From Eledone cirrhosa (Eukaryota), in the NCBI GenBank assembly GCA_964016885.1, contig OZ024743.1, positions 303,056,001 through 303,120,000 on the forward strand: 64,000 nucleotides of DNA, read 5' to 3'. A model generated the notes under the pieces. The model had not been told where the DNA came from and searched no databases. It saw only the letters and a list, made by a program, of their open reading frames with translations. A program made the position numbers and the translations under genes. Shown in pieces: positions 39,969-52,480 of the stretch (position 1 is its first letter; each line of letters begins with the position of its first letter).

Positions 39969-42419
39969 CTTTGAGTCTCAGTCATTGATGTTAGTTAACT
40001 GGAAAGTTTGTTGAAATGAATATCAAGCAACTACCTGCAGCCTCAGATATTCAGGACGTATCGGATAGTTATTGCTGTTCCCAGCAAGCATGCCTTTTGA
40101 AGCGTTCCAAAAAGCGTGAAGAGGCTAATTTTCTTTAACCATTCCTGGAAACTTTTTGAGATAGTACCTAGTGCGCCTATGACAATCGGGACCACTTTCA
40201 CTTCATGGCAGTTCCAAATCCTTTTTACCTCCCACTTTAAGTCCTGGTATCGGTTAATTTTCTCCCTCTCCTTCTCTTGCACTCTCGTGTCGAATGGGCA
40301 GGCCACATCCACAATCAGGTATGATTTTTTTCTTTGTCCACAACCACCAGGTCAGAACTATTGTGTTCCAGTTTCTTGTCCGCCTGTAACCTAAAATCCC
40401 ACAGCACCTTCACCTGGTCGTTTTCTATCACCGGCTCTGGCTTATGCTCACACTACTTCTCAGAATGTGGTAAATTGTTTACTTTGCATAGGTGCAAGTG
40501 GATCACCCTGCCCATCACATCATGACTCCAGCCCTTATAGTGAGTCTGGGCTAGTTGTTTACACTCAGATACAATGTGAGCCACAGTCTCCTCTCTCCAC
40601 ATATCCTGCACAGTGGGCTAGCCTCCTCCTTGTAAATATGGTGATTCAACCACTTCGTTTTGAGGGCCCGCTCTTACGCAGCCATTAACATTCCTCCTGT
40701 AGCGTTTTTAAGGTCTCCTCTTTTCAACCAGTTCCATATCTGTGGATCTCTGAATTCAGTTTTCTCAAAGAAGATACGCTGAGTGGATTTTTCCTGAAGG
40801 CTGCTCTTTCCTCCTTGGACATCCTCTGGTCTATGGTGCTCTCCTTCAGTACAGTTCTGAGCATTGGCTCCTTACTATCAGTCACGTATTTGTGTAGGTT
40901 GTTTTTCTCCATCTGAACACAGTCATCTATGCTGATAAGACATCTTCCACCTTCAGATCTCCTTAAGTAGAGTCTATCGACATCACTCCTCTTGTGGAAC
41001 AGGTTGTAGATAGTCAATAGCTTCCTAGTCTTCCTATCCATTTCTTTTTGTTCAGCAACATTCCATCTCAAAATTCCCGCACTGTACCTAATAATAGACA
41101 TAGCTCGGGAATTTTTGAACTTATGGCATTCCTACTGTTCAGATGTGACTTTAATACGCTCCTTACTCTCCGAATGTATTCAGTTCTTATCAATTCCTTC
41201 ATTTTTTTTGTTCTTGATGTCATAAGCCTCCAGAACACCCGACTACTTGTATCCTTCTTCAGTCTCAATTTCCTTTATCATCTCACCTGTTGGTACCTGG
41301 ATTCCGTTACTTCTGCTCAATTTACCCCTCTTCATCACAAGGACTCCGCACTTACTAATACCAAATTGCATACATATATCATTGCTGAAAATACGGACAG
41401 TGTGAACAAGCACATCCAACTCCTCCTCACTCTTCTCGAAGAGCTTAAGATCGTCCATGAAGGGGAGGTGATTGATGGTAAGCTATCCCTTTCCCAACTT
41501 GTATTCTGCTCTCACTTTTCGCAGTATACTGCTCAGAGGCATCAGAGCAAGGACAAACAACAGAGGGGACAGACTATCTCCCTGGAAGATACCTCTCTTG
41601 ATCTTCACGCTTTCCAAGGATTCTCCAGCTGATGTTAACTCTGTTTTCCAGGACTTCATACTTTTGCCCAACAACTGTCTGATGTTATCTGCCACCTTGA
41701 AAATCTCCAGACTTTTGGTGATCCAAGAATGAGGCACCATGTCAAATGCATTTTTCTACACTATCCATCCCATGGCAAGACCAGTGTGTCTCCTCTTGCA
41801 ATTCTTCATTACCATCTTGTCAATAAGTAACTGGTTCTTTGTACCACGGGACTTCTTTCGGCATCCTTTCTGTTCGTCCGGTAACAAGTTGTTTGTGTGG
41901 AGGTGATGGTAGATTTCCTCAGACGTAATGCTTGTCAACAGTTTCCACATTACAGACAGACATGTGATAGGTCTATAGTTGGTAACATCATTACCCTTGA
42001 TTCGGTCTTTCATTATCAGAACTGTGGTACCTTTTGTCAACCACTCTGATACCTCACCTGACATCAAGCTGTCATTGAACATGGTTGTCAGTTTCGGGTG
42101 GAGGGAAATTATATTTTCAATCCAATACCCCTGCACACCATCTGGGCCTGGTGATTTCCAGTTGGTTAGTTTTTGGCCTGCCCCTTAGGAGTTTCAACTG
42201 TGATACTCAAATCAGTTTGTTGGTGTGCCTGTTCACTAATCTCCTTCTGTACTGTCTCAATCCACACTGCCTGGTCATTATGTTTAACATCCTGCTCCCA
42301 TATTCCGATCCCGAATGTTTTGGTTTGTTCCGCCTCAGGGATCAAGTTGTTGCCTCTTTCTTTCCCTTCAAGCTGTCCAAACAATATCTTCTGGTTGTTG
42401 TCAAACATGCGGTTCTGTA
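39969..42419 (-). mobile_element. R4/Dong-like family A, 5'-truncated (RT to RLE and 3' UTR), frameshifted
   Basis: ORFs 40043..42136 with RT and RLE motifs. Confidence 0.92.
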
Positions 42420-42439
42420 TATTATTATTATTATTATTA

Positions 42440-44786
42440 CAGTTGCATTTATCTTGCTTTATGTTCATACGAGTTATCACCAAGTCACAACCAGTGACCT
42501 CAAGAGACAACAAGGTCCGCCATGTTCAAGAAAGAACATACATATTCACACATGCATCTTTAGTGTTTAGACTTGTGATGTACTTATATTGACAGAATCT
42601 TCCTTAGTATATGGGCAGTTCCCATTAGTACTATCTTTTGTATTTCTCCTATACGCGGGTTTCCTGGGATTTGCGATATGTAATCATTAGACCCCTTAGG
42701 TATCATTCCCAGAGCGCCTACAACCACTGGTATTGTTTTAGTTCTCAATTTCCACATTTTTCCAATTTCTATCTCCAGGTCCTTATACTTGCTCAATTTT
42801 TCAAATGTTTTTATAGATACATTCTTGTCTATTGGAACAGACATATCAATTAGCAGGCATACCCTCTTTTGAAAGTATTTCAATAATATATCAGGTCTGT
42901 TTGCATCTATTTTTCGGTCTGTTTGGATGCTAAAGTTCCACAAGATTGAGATGTGATCTTTTTCAAGTATGGGAGGTGGTTGATGCTCCCACCAATTCTT
43001 TTGATGGGGCAGGTCAAAATGCTTACACATTATCCAATGTATGTATTGTGCAGCTCTGTCATGCCTGTTTAGGTATTCGGTTGGAGCTATAGGACTGCAC
43101 ATTGAAATTATATGGTCAATGGTCTCTGGTTGTTTTTTGCATACACGGCATAATGGGCTGCACCCATTTTTTATTATGTTGGCTTGGTAATTTTTTGTTG
43201 GCAGACACTGATCTTGTGCCGATATAATCAGTCCTTCAGTCTCCGATTTCAGTCCAGAGGATGCCAACCACTGATGGGTTAAAGTTTTGTCAACATCAGG
43301 ATTGTTAGCTCGCTCTGGGTATTTTCCATACAGAGGCTTTTCTTGCCATTTCTTAGCCAGTTTCTGTAGCAGTTCTTTCTTTGCAGTTACTTTTACCTGC
43401 TTTGCTTTTTCTGTGTTTTCCATTTCAGCAGTAAATGGGACTTCTGAAACTTGTAGTCCATTACTGTATCTTTGTGCATCTTTTGTAATGGAATATGATC
43501 TTTTGATGCTTTCGTGTTTCAAAACGAGTTTGATCATCCAATCATGTGATTCCCTTAGATATGTAGATAATCCAATCGTTGCAATTTTCAACACAATGTC
43601 TAACTGGATTAACCCACGTCCTCCTTCTTTCCTAGGGAGATATATTCTATCTATATCTGCTTTAGGGTGATGCATTCTGTGCATGGTTAAGAATTTTCTC
43701 ATTTTTGTATCGAGCCTACGGATCTCTGTGCTTGACCAGTTGATGACATTGTAACTGTAGGTTACTACTTTATGGCAAGCGTGTTTATGGCATCGATCCT
43801 ATTCCTTGCATTCAATTCCGTTTTTAAGATTGCTCTCACTCTGCGGTAACATTCCTTCCTTATCCGTTCCCTCATTGTCGAGTGCTTGATTCCGTCTCCT
43901 TCACAAACACCTAGATATTTGTAAGTTTTTTCTTGATCAAGTTTTCTTATCACGTTCCCCCGATCAAGATTAATGTCTGAACTCTTCAGCAGCTTTCCTC
44001 TGGTGAACGTTGCTTTGGCGCATTTATCTTGTCCAAACTCCATTTTAATGTCATCACTGAACTGCTTCAGAGTGGATAATAGCCCTTGCAATTGTTCATC
44101 ATGTTTTGCAAATAGTTTCAGGTCATCCATGTAGAACAGGTGATTAATGGTTTTGTCATAGACTTTATATCCATGCTTTGTTTCATTGAGCATTTTGTTT
44201 CATTGAGCATTTTGTTTCATTTTGTTTCATTGAGCATTTTACTTAATCGTATAAGTGCGATGCAGAATAAAAGCGGTGATAAAGAGTCACCCTGAAAAAT
44301 TCCACACTTAATATTAACTTCTCCAGCCTCCAGTGAGTTTGTGTCACTATTCAAAAGGAGTGTCGTTTTCCATGTCTTCATACTGAATGACAAAAACCTC
44401 CTGACAACGGGGGATACTTTGAAAATCTCTAAACATTTTTCAATCCAACTGTGTGGTAAACTATCAAATGCCTTTTTATAATCCATCCAAGCAATCGATA
44501 GATTTTTGTGTCTATTATGACAATCTTCCAGTATCATTTTGTTAACCAGAAGCTGATCCATACAGCCATATGAGCCTCGTTTATAACCCTTTTCTTTTTT
44601 GAATACAAAATATATAATACAAAATTGAATATTTGAGCGATATAACAATATAATATGTATCCGAAATTTTATGCGACTTGATTCGGTGGTTTATGCAACA
44701 TTTCACAATTGATTTAAATATGTTAAAAATCAAAAACTTACGGGAACGATTTCATGACCTTCTACCACCTCGTGCGTCTTCTTCCG
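42440..44786 (-). mobile_element. R4/Dong-like family B, internally deleted copy retaining the 5'-terminal 200 bp
   Basis: 42440-44590 matches 5036-7140; 44590-44650 matches the leader end at 61450-61518. Confidence 0.9.
44177..44240. repeat. Tandem amplification of a 17-bp unit (tttgtttcattgagcat) inside the RT
   Basis: Three full units and one partial unit here; single unit in the other Dong-B copies. Confidence 0.9.
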
Positions 44787-44820
44787 TTATTATTAGTATT
44801 ATTATTAACATTGTTGTTAT

Positions 44821-45663
44821 TCCTTGAATCACAGTCATTGATGTTGGTTAACTGGAAAGTCCGTTGGAATGAATATCAAGCCACTACCTGCAGCCTCAGA
44901 TATTCAGGACGTATCGGAGGGTTCTTGCTGTTCCAAGCAAGTATGCCTTTTGAAGCGTTCCAAAAAGCGTGAAGGGGCCGATTTTCTTTAACCATTCCTG
45001 GAAACTTTTTGAGATAGTACCTAGTGCGCCTATGACAATCGGCATCACTTTGACTTCATGGCAGTTCCAAATCCTTTTCACCTCCCACTTTAGGTCCTGG
45101 TATCGGTTAATTTTCTCCCTCTCCTTCTCTTGCACTCTCGTGTCGAAAGGGCAGGCCACATCCACAATCAGACACGATCTTTTTTCTTTGTCCACAACCA
45201 CCAGGTCAGGTCTATTGTGTTCCAGTTGTTTGTCCGTCTGTATCCTAAAATCCCACAGCACCTTCACCTGATTGTTCTCCATCACCGCCTCTGGCCTATG
45301 CTCATACCATTTCTCAGAATGTAGTAATTTGTTTACTTTGTACAGGTCCCAGTGGATCACCCTGCCCATGACATCGTGTCTCCAGCCCTTATAGTGGGTC
45401 TGGGCTAGGTGTTTACACTCGGACACAATGTGAGCCACAGTATCCTCTCTCTCTCCACAGATCCTGCACAGTGGGCTAGCCTCCTCCTTGTAAATATGGT
45501 GCTTCAACCACTTCGTTTTGAGTGCCTGCTCCTGCGCGGCCATTAGCATTCCTTCTGTAGCTTTCTGAGGTCTCCTCTTCTCAACCAGTTCCATGTCTGT
45601 GGATCTCTAAATTCAGTTTTCTCAAAGAAGGTACTATGAAGGGATTTTCCCTTAAGGATGCTC

Positions 45664-45664
<1 letters not shown>
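44821..45664 (-). mobile_element. R4/Dong-like family A, short young 3' fragment
   Basis: ORF 44896..45594 with CCHC knuckle and RLE. Confidence 0.93.
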
Positions 45665-45743
<79 letters not shown>

Positions 45744-45888
45744 GGCGACCTACGTAGTAAATCGTATTAGCATTCCTGCTGTAGCCTTTTTGAGGTCTCC
45801 TCTTCTCAACCAGTTCCATGTCTGTGGATCTCAAAATTCAGTTTTCTCAAAGAAGGTACTATGAAAGGATTTTCCCTTAAGGCTGCTC

Positions 45889-45947
<59 letters not shown>
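45664..45947. repeat. Two (TTA)n tracts with an intervening duplicated Tx1-start/Dong-A segment
   Basis: 45542-45762 is duplicated at 45766-45966. Confidence 0.9.
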
Positions 45948-46420
45948 GGCGACCTACGTAGTAAATTGTATACTCGTGAGCTCCGCAAATGTTTGTTATT
46001 TTCAGTTGTTTAAAATTTATGGAAATTTATGGAAATTCATGGAAAGTTTCTATTGTTCACTGTATATAAGTGCACATACATGATTTCTGAAAAGGACACT
46101 CAAAAATATTGGGGCCTTGAGCCCAAAATTTAAACTTTTTATAATTATCAAACAAAAAAAAATCACACCTTCCTCACAAACTAACACCTCACACCGACAC
46201 CACCATCGTAAATATTACTACGTTTGCCAACACTAAAAATATAAGCAGTAGCAATATTTTAAATTTGTCTCAGCCAGACATTCATTTCCCGCCATTACCA
46301 ATGACTGCATGTGTTAAAGCAGCCATCCCCCACCACATCCACCACAGCGACAACACCTACCACCACCACCACAACGACAACAGAAACAAAAGAAAAAATA
46401 AATGAACTCGTGATAACGAA

Positions 46421-47288
46421 ATGAATTCAACCCAAATGAACTCTTCCACACCGAACACCACTGACGCCGCCACCACCACCACAACTGACACTAAAATTAA
46501 CAATAACCAAAATAACGATAACCACAACTGCAACAATGAAATTAAGAAAACTAACATGAGTTTTGCCAGAGTAGCAAAAACGTGCGAAGCGACCCAGGTA
46601 ACTCAGGAGGAATTAGAAGCCAGCCAAAAGAATGGTAAAGAAAGATGGGTACAATGTGTGGGCAAAAAAACCCCGCATCAGACGTGGGCAGAAATATGGA
46701 ACCGTGGACGTGTTCTTTGAAACACCACAGGAGGCCAGTGAACACTCCATGGCCCCATTAAGAAGTGACGACTTCACACTCGTCCCAAGCTATCGTGGCC
46801 AGAGACTTGTGATGATCAGGGTGACCCACGTTCCACCGACCATCGAAATTCCCTGGCTAATGGCTGCCGTCCTTGCCGTCATCGAGGCCAACACCAAGAT
46901 AATCGAAATAGAGAAAGAAAAGCAGGAGAATTGGTCCGGATCTCGGATGGAGCTCCTGATCCAAGCGGACCATAAAGGCATTGAGGAGATCCCAGAGGTA
47001 ATAGACCTCATTGATGGCAGCTACCTCACCGTAATCGTCGAGGGCAGAAGGCCTAGGTACCCAGTGACTCAACCATCAACACTACCAGCAGCAGAAATGG
47101 CAGCAACAACTGTAGCAGCAACAACAGAAGCAACTGTAACAGCAACAACCCCAGCAACAGTAGCAAACCCAACACCACCATCACCCAACGCGCCAGATCT
47201 AGCACCAGCGCCTACACCATCCACCACGCCACAACCAAATCCAACGCCTGTGGAGGATTTTCCACTCCCCGGCTTATCGCAACAGTAG
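46421..47288 (+). pseudogene. Tx1 ORF1 (frameshifted; RRM-like region plus Pro/Thr-rich tail)
   Basis: MSFARVAK...VFFETPQEA...IRVTHVPP; homologous to 53130-53590; positioned upstream of the APE. Confidence 0.65.
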
Positions 47289-47630
47289 ACATATTGTGAC
47301 GACGAGGAGTGGGAAACGGTATCAGGAAAAAAGAAAAAAAGAAACTAAAAAAGAAAAAAATCTCTTCCTTCCCCCTCCAAAAACAATACAGAAGGAAATA
47401 AATAAATTATCAAACAAAAAAGTTAGGACAGATAAGCCACCATCCACACTAGCATCACCAACCCCATCACCACAAACACCAACACCATCACCATCATTAA
47501 CCCCAACAACACCATCACCAACACCACAACCGTCACCAAAAAGCGTAACAGAAACAAACCCACAACGAACGCAAACAAAACAAAACAACCAAAACGATAC
47601 GCACTACACAGCATTAAATTTGAACAACAA

Positions 47631-47820
47631 GGGCGGTGAATTGGCAGTATCGGTAGAGGGTCGGACGCCATGCTTTGACGTATAGAGTTACGGCCCTTGC
47701 CATTCTGAGTTCAAATCCCGCCAAGGTTAACTTTGCCTTTCATCCTTACGGGGTCGATACAATAAATTACCAGTAAATCACTGGGTTATTGCTGGCCTTG
47801 TGCCTAACGTGGAAACAATT
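47631..47820 (+). mobile_element. Full-length SINE inserted in the Tx1 element, with target-site duplication
   Basis: TSD atttgaacaacaa at 47618-47630 and 47823-47835. Confidence 0.95.
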
Positions 47821-48133
47821 ACATTTGAACAACAACCAATTATTACACTACATCCAACACAACACCAGCATCACAGAAAAAGACTACACAGCAAGCCAAA
47901 AGTTCACACCACCTCCACACATACAAATCACTCGTATCACAGAGAAAAGTAGACGACACAAAAACAAAAATTCCTCAAAGACATCAGAGACTTCCGACAA
48001 ACACTCTCCAGGAGGATTTATGAGGACATCGTTCCGGAGGGGGCCACATGCAGTGAAAAGGATGGACAAACCATCCTTCCTCTACGAGAAGTAAGCTAAG
48101 TGGTATTTCCCATCTTTTCCACTCCATTTCAAC

Positions 48134-51100
48134 ATGACCTCTCTCAGAATAGGCAGCATAAATGCGCGTGGCTTGGGGTCGTCATGGAAGCAGGGCCACC
48201 TGCTCAACGACCTCAGGTCACTAAACATAGATGTAGTGGCCATCAGCGAGACCAGAATCTCCGAGGCACGGGCTTTCGCACCAATCTTCAGCGGCTACAA
48301 TGTGTATGCATCTCCCAGCCGTCCGGTTTGGAGAGGTTTGGATCTCGCCATACGGGCCATCTTACTGGACCCAGAAGTTAAGTTGGTGGTGCTAGACGTG
48401 ACCAGCGGAGACGAGCAAGCTTTCAGGCTAGTGGCCGTCTATTCCCCAACAGGAGCAGGGCGGCCTGATTTATTCCGGCGTCTGGAGACCTTTCTTGGAA
48501 CGTCCCGCTCTTTAGTGTAAGTGGGCGACTGAAACGGGATCTTAGATGAAGGCTGGGATTGTGTGGGATTAGCGGATAGGGGAGGAGGGTGCAAGAACCG
48601 TCTGACAGGTACCGATTGGATTTCCCGAGTGTGCCAATGTGGACTTGGACAAATCACATAGTGTCATCCAGATCATATCTAGATAGAGTAGTTTGTAGGG
48701 AAAAAGATAGGTCTAACATAGGTATGTGCACAATTCAAGATAGTCAGCTACACGGACCACAAATTGGTGATCTGTGTGCTTGAATTAGATAAGCTTCATA
48801 GACGAGGACCCGGCTACTGGAAGCTAAACGCGTCCTTACCAACGCGCAAAGCCTACAGAGACCGGATTAGCGAACTAATTAAGCGGGCGTTGACGGGGGC
48901 CATCGTCATCAATAAGTGGTGGTTTGCTCTGAAAAGAGCAATTAGAATAGAGTCCATTAGGTTTAGTAAGGCTTTAGCAACAGAGAAAAATAGAGCAGAG
49001 GGAGAATTAGCTAGAAAATTAGACGAGGCGCTTAGCAAAGGCATCTTGACCGACGTACTTGCGGCGAAATTGGCCCTTGACCAATTCTTCAATGCAAAGC
49101 ACGAAGGCTGCGTTGTCAGAGCTAGGGTGCGTGCTATCTGACACGAGGGGAGGAAAGCCGTTCAATGGGCCCGAGTAGCGGAGGCGCGTCGTGGAAACAA
49201 AGCCATGATCCGGTCTTTGGTGGAGTGTTGCGAAAAGCCGATAACAGCCGCTGAAGTACGGGAGGCAATGACTAGCTGCACCAGTGGTAAATCGCCTGGT
49301 TTGGATGGTCTGCCTTATGAACTTTACATACAGATGCCAGACTTGTTCGGAGGCCTCTTGGCGGACGTTTACTGCAACTGGCAACAGGAAGGGAGAATTC
49401 CCAGCTTTGTGAGCAGAGGAACTGTGGCGCTGCTGAGAATGGATCCGAACAAGGGCGATAACATAGATAATTTAAGGCCCATAACACTGCTAAACACAGA
49501 GTTCAAGATTTTGGCCAAGGTGCTAGCAAAGTAGTTGGCGCTTGTCGTTGGTGGTATGCTGGGCAAGGCGCAGACATGCGCCATTATCGACAGATCCGTC
49601 CACGCCAACCTCCACCTCAACCGATACATCGTAGAGAGGGTAGCTAGGGAACCTGGCACGGATGGGTCCTTGATCAATTTAGATCAGTCGAAAGCTTTCG
49701 ATAGGGTCGACCATCGTTACCTAGCGGCAGTCCTGAGGGCGGCTGGCTTTGGGCCCGTCTTCAGAGGCTGGATCGCTGCCATGCACAGCGACATCTGCTC
49801 TGTGGTGAGAGTGAACGGTCACCTTTCGGAACCGTTCAGCATCATGCGCTCGGTCCGCCAAGGATGTCCCCTCTCGTCCCTTTTGTACGTATTGGCTCTC
49901 GAGCCATTACTGCACAAACTGGAGACATTGAGGGGGTTCCCGCGCGAGCTAGGATGCGGAAGATCCGTGTCAGCATATGCGGACGATGTCAGCGTAGTGG
50001 TATGGAACGCCAAACACATCGAGGCGATCGGCACTACATTAAGAGATTACGAAGCGGTGACAAGAGCAATGATCGACCAGGAAAAGTCAGTGGGCCTGCA
50101 GCCCGGCACCTGGAGAGGCAGGTCCATGCCGTCCAACAGCGTCCTCGGGCGCTGGTCGGACGGTCCAGTTAAATTGCTCGGGACGAGGTGACGAGCAGGG
50201 TGGCTTCTCTCACCCAGAAATGGGCCGAGAGGAGGCTATCCTTGAAAGGTCGAGCGGAGGTGGCTAACGCGTATATCGCGTCCGTCATCTACTACCGCCT
50301 GACCGCCGTACCTTGTCCTATGCCCTCGCCTGACTGCGCTGGAGCGTTTGCTCTTTCGCCTTTTGTGGAAGGGACGCACACCGATGGAGGGCTGGGAAAG
50401 CCGTGGCTGATGATACGCAGACACGCGCTCAGGCTACGACATCTCCACCTCTTCCTCGACGGTGATCAGGTGTGGTCTCCGTTTCCTAGACGCGTCTTTC
50501 CCCAGCTCGTCTCCTTGACGGAGCTGCAGTCCTGCGTCAAGCGAAGACCGAGATGGAGCGCTTGGAGACTGGAATGTCTTCAGGCGCTCACAGCCCTCGA
50601 CCAATCGGGCAATGTGATTGGTGGAAACTCCACCTTGGCGTTCTATAGAGGATTGGTGGAGGGGAAGAGCGACAACGTACTTGGGGAAACTCTAGGCGTC
50701 GACGAAAATCAACCAGCCAATCTCTTCGGAATAACTTTCGGGCCGGGGCCTATGGACAACTTCCAGAACTCCCTGGTCTGCCAGTGCTACCGAGGAGCTT
50801 TGACAGGCATGGAGGTGCCGTCAGCCGGGCATATCCGAGAGGCGCGCAGGGAGACGAAACCGTCCTGAACTCACTCGTCCAGTGTCCGAGCATTGCTGAC
50901 TTGTGGGTTTATGTCGAAAACCTGCTGTCGCGTGTAGGACGGATCTGCCTATCAGCTGCGTCCATCGTGAGGATTGCCCCGCCCTCTTCCTTTAGCCGGG
51001 AAATGCAGGCACTTTTTATCTGTCTGGTGGCCATGGCGAAAGAGATAGTATGGTGGACACGTTTGAAAGGGCTGAAGACGAGCACTTACCTCTTCGGTAT

Positions 51101-51247
51101 GCCCTGATTAACATTTTCAAATTTCATTGGAAAAGGAAAATCAGGGTAGAAAGGGAAGTGCTCTCTTCCCAGCATTTTGTTGAAAGGTGGATGAGAGAGG
51201 CAAGAATGGCCCGAGTGAATGTGCCTACTCTGAGTATGTGTCTGTAA
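48134..51247 (+). pseudogene. Tx1 ORF2, disrupted (AP endonuclease, RT with YADD, C-terminal Cys/His region)
   Basis: IGSINARGL, ISETR, GYWKLN, KSPGLDGLPYE, RPITLLN, LDQSKAFDRV, VRQGCPLS, YADD. Confidence 0.93.
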
Positions 51248-51555
51248 ATTAAAGGTGGAAAACTGGGAGAGGGCACTTGCCCTGGTGGTCAGGGTCACTG
51301 TGGCTTTTTAATGAGCTTTCTCCATGAATGTCCCTCGGAAATCTCCCCCAATTGGGGAATGTTTTCATTGTTCTATTATTACATCCTCTATTTCTTGTTT
51401 TTTACACTCATAAATGCCCATTTGTACCGCCCTGTATTGTCCTGTACTGTCCTTAATGTCTACTTTATGTAGACCCTTGTGTTTAATAAATAAAGCATTA
51501 TTATTATTATATATTATTATTATATATTATATATTATATATTATTATTATTATAT

Positions 51556-51606
51556 GATGCACTGGGTAATTGCTGGCCTTGTGCCTAAAATTAGAAACAC
51601 TTATTA
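51556..51606 (+). mobile_element. SINE 3' fragment
   Basis: atgcactgggtaattgctggccttgtgcctaaaattagaaac. Confidence 0.85.
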
Positions 51607-51628
51607 TTATTATTATTGTTATTGTTAT

Positions 51629-52398
51629 TCCTTGAATCTCAGTCATTGATGTTGGTTAACTGGAAAGTCCGTTGGATTGAATATCAAGCCACTACCTGCA
51701 GCCTCAGATATTCAGGACGTATCGGAGGGTTCTTGCCGTTCCAAGCAAGCATGCCTTTTGAAGCGTTCCAAAAAGCGTGAAGGGGCCGATTTTCTTTAAC
51801 CATCCCTGGAAACCTTTGGAGATAGTCCCCAGTGCGCCTATGACAATCGGGATCACTTTGACTTCATGGCAGTTCCAAATCCTTTTCACCTCCCACTTTA
51901 GGTCCTGGTATCGGTTAATTTTCTCCCTCTCCTTCTCTTGCACTCTCGTGTCGAACGGGCAGGCCACATCCACAATCAGGCACGATCTTTTTTCTTTGTC
52001 CACAACCACCAGGTCAGGTCTATTGTGTTCCAGTTTTTTGTCCGTCTGTATCCTAAAATCCCACAGCACCTTCACCTGACTGTTCTCCATCACCGCCTCT
52101 GGCCTATGCTCATACCATTTCTCAGAATGTGGTAGATTGTTTACTTTGCACAGGTGCCAGTGGATCACCCTGCCCATCGCTTCGTGTCTCCAGCCCTTAT
52201 AGTGGGTCTGGGCTAGGTGTTTACACTCGGACACAATGTGAGCCACAGTCTCCTCTCTCTCTCCACAGATCCTGCACAGTGGGCTAGCCTCCTCCTTGTA
52301 GATATGGTGCTTCAACCACTTCGTTTTGAGGGCCTGCTCCTGCGCAGCTATTAGCATTCCTTCTGTAGCCTTTTTGAGGTCTCCTCTTCTCAACCACT
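51629..52398 (-). mobile_element. R4/Dong-like family A, short young 3' fragment
   Basis: ORF 51704..52393 (CRICGEREETVAHIVSEC, HNRPDL, VDVACP). Confidence 0.93.
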
Positions 52399-52400
52399 TA

Positions 52401-52402
<2 letters not shown>

Positions 52403-52480
<78 letters not shown>
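52403..52480. repeat. (ATT)n microsatellite
   Basis: Directly visible; head-to-head Dong-A/Tx1 junction. Confidence 0.98.

Larger units (their letters stand above)
45948..51496 (+). mobile_element. Tx1/L1-clade LINE, near full length (leader, ORF1, ORF2 APE-RT, 3' UTR), inserted in (TTA)n
   Basis: TTA tracts at both ends; ORF1 and ORF2 motifs in order. Confidence 0.93.

Noticed and set aside
45658-45988. Poly-Leu and poly-Ile ORFs
   Set aside because: Translations of (TTA)n tracts
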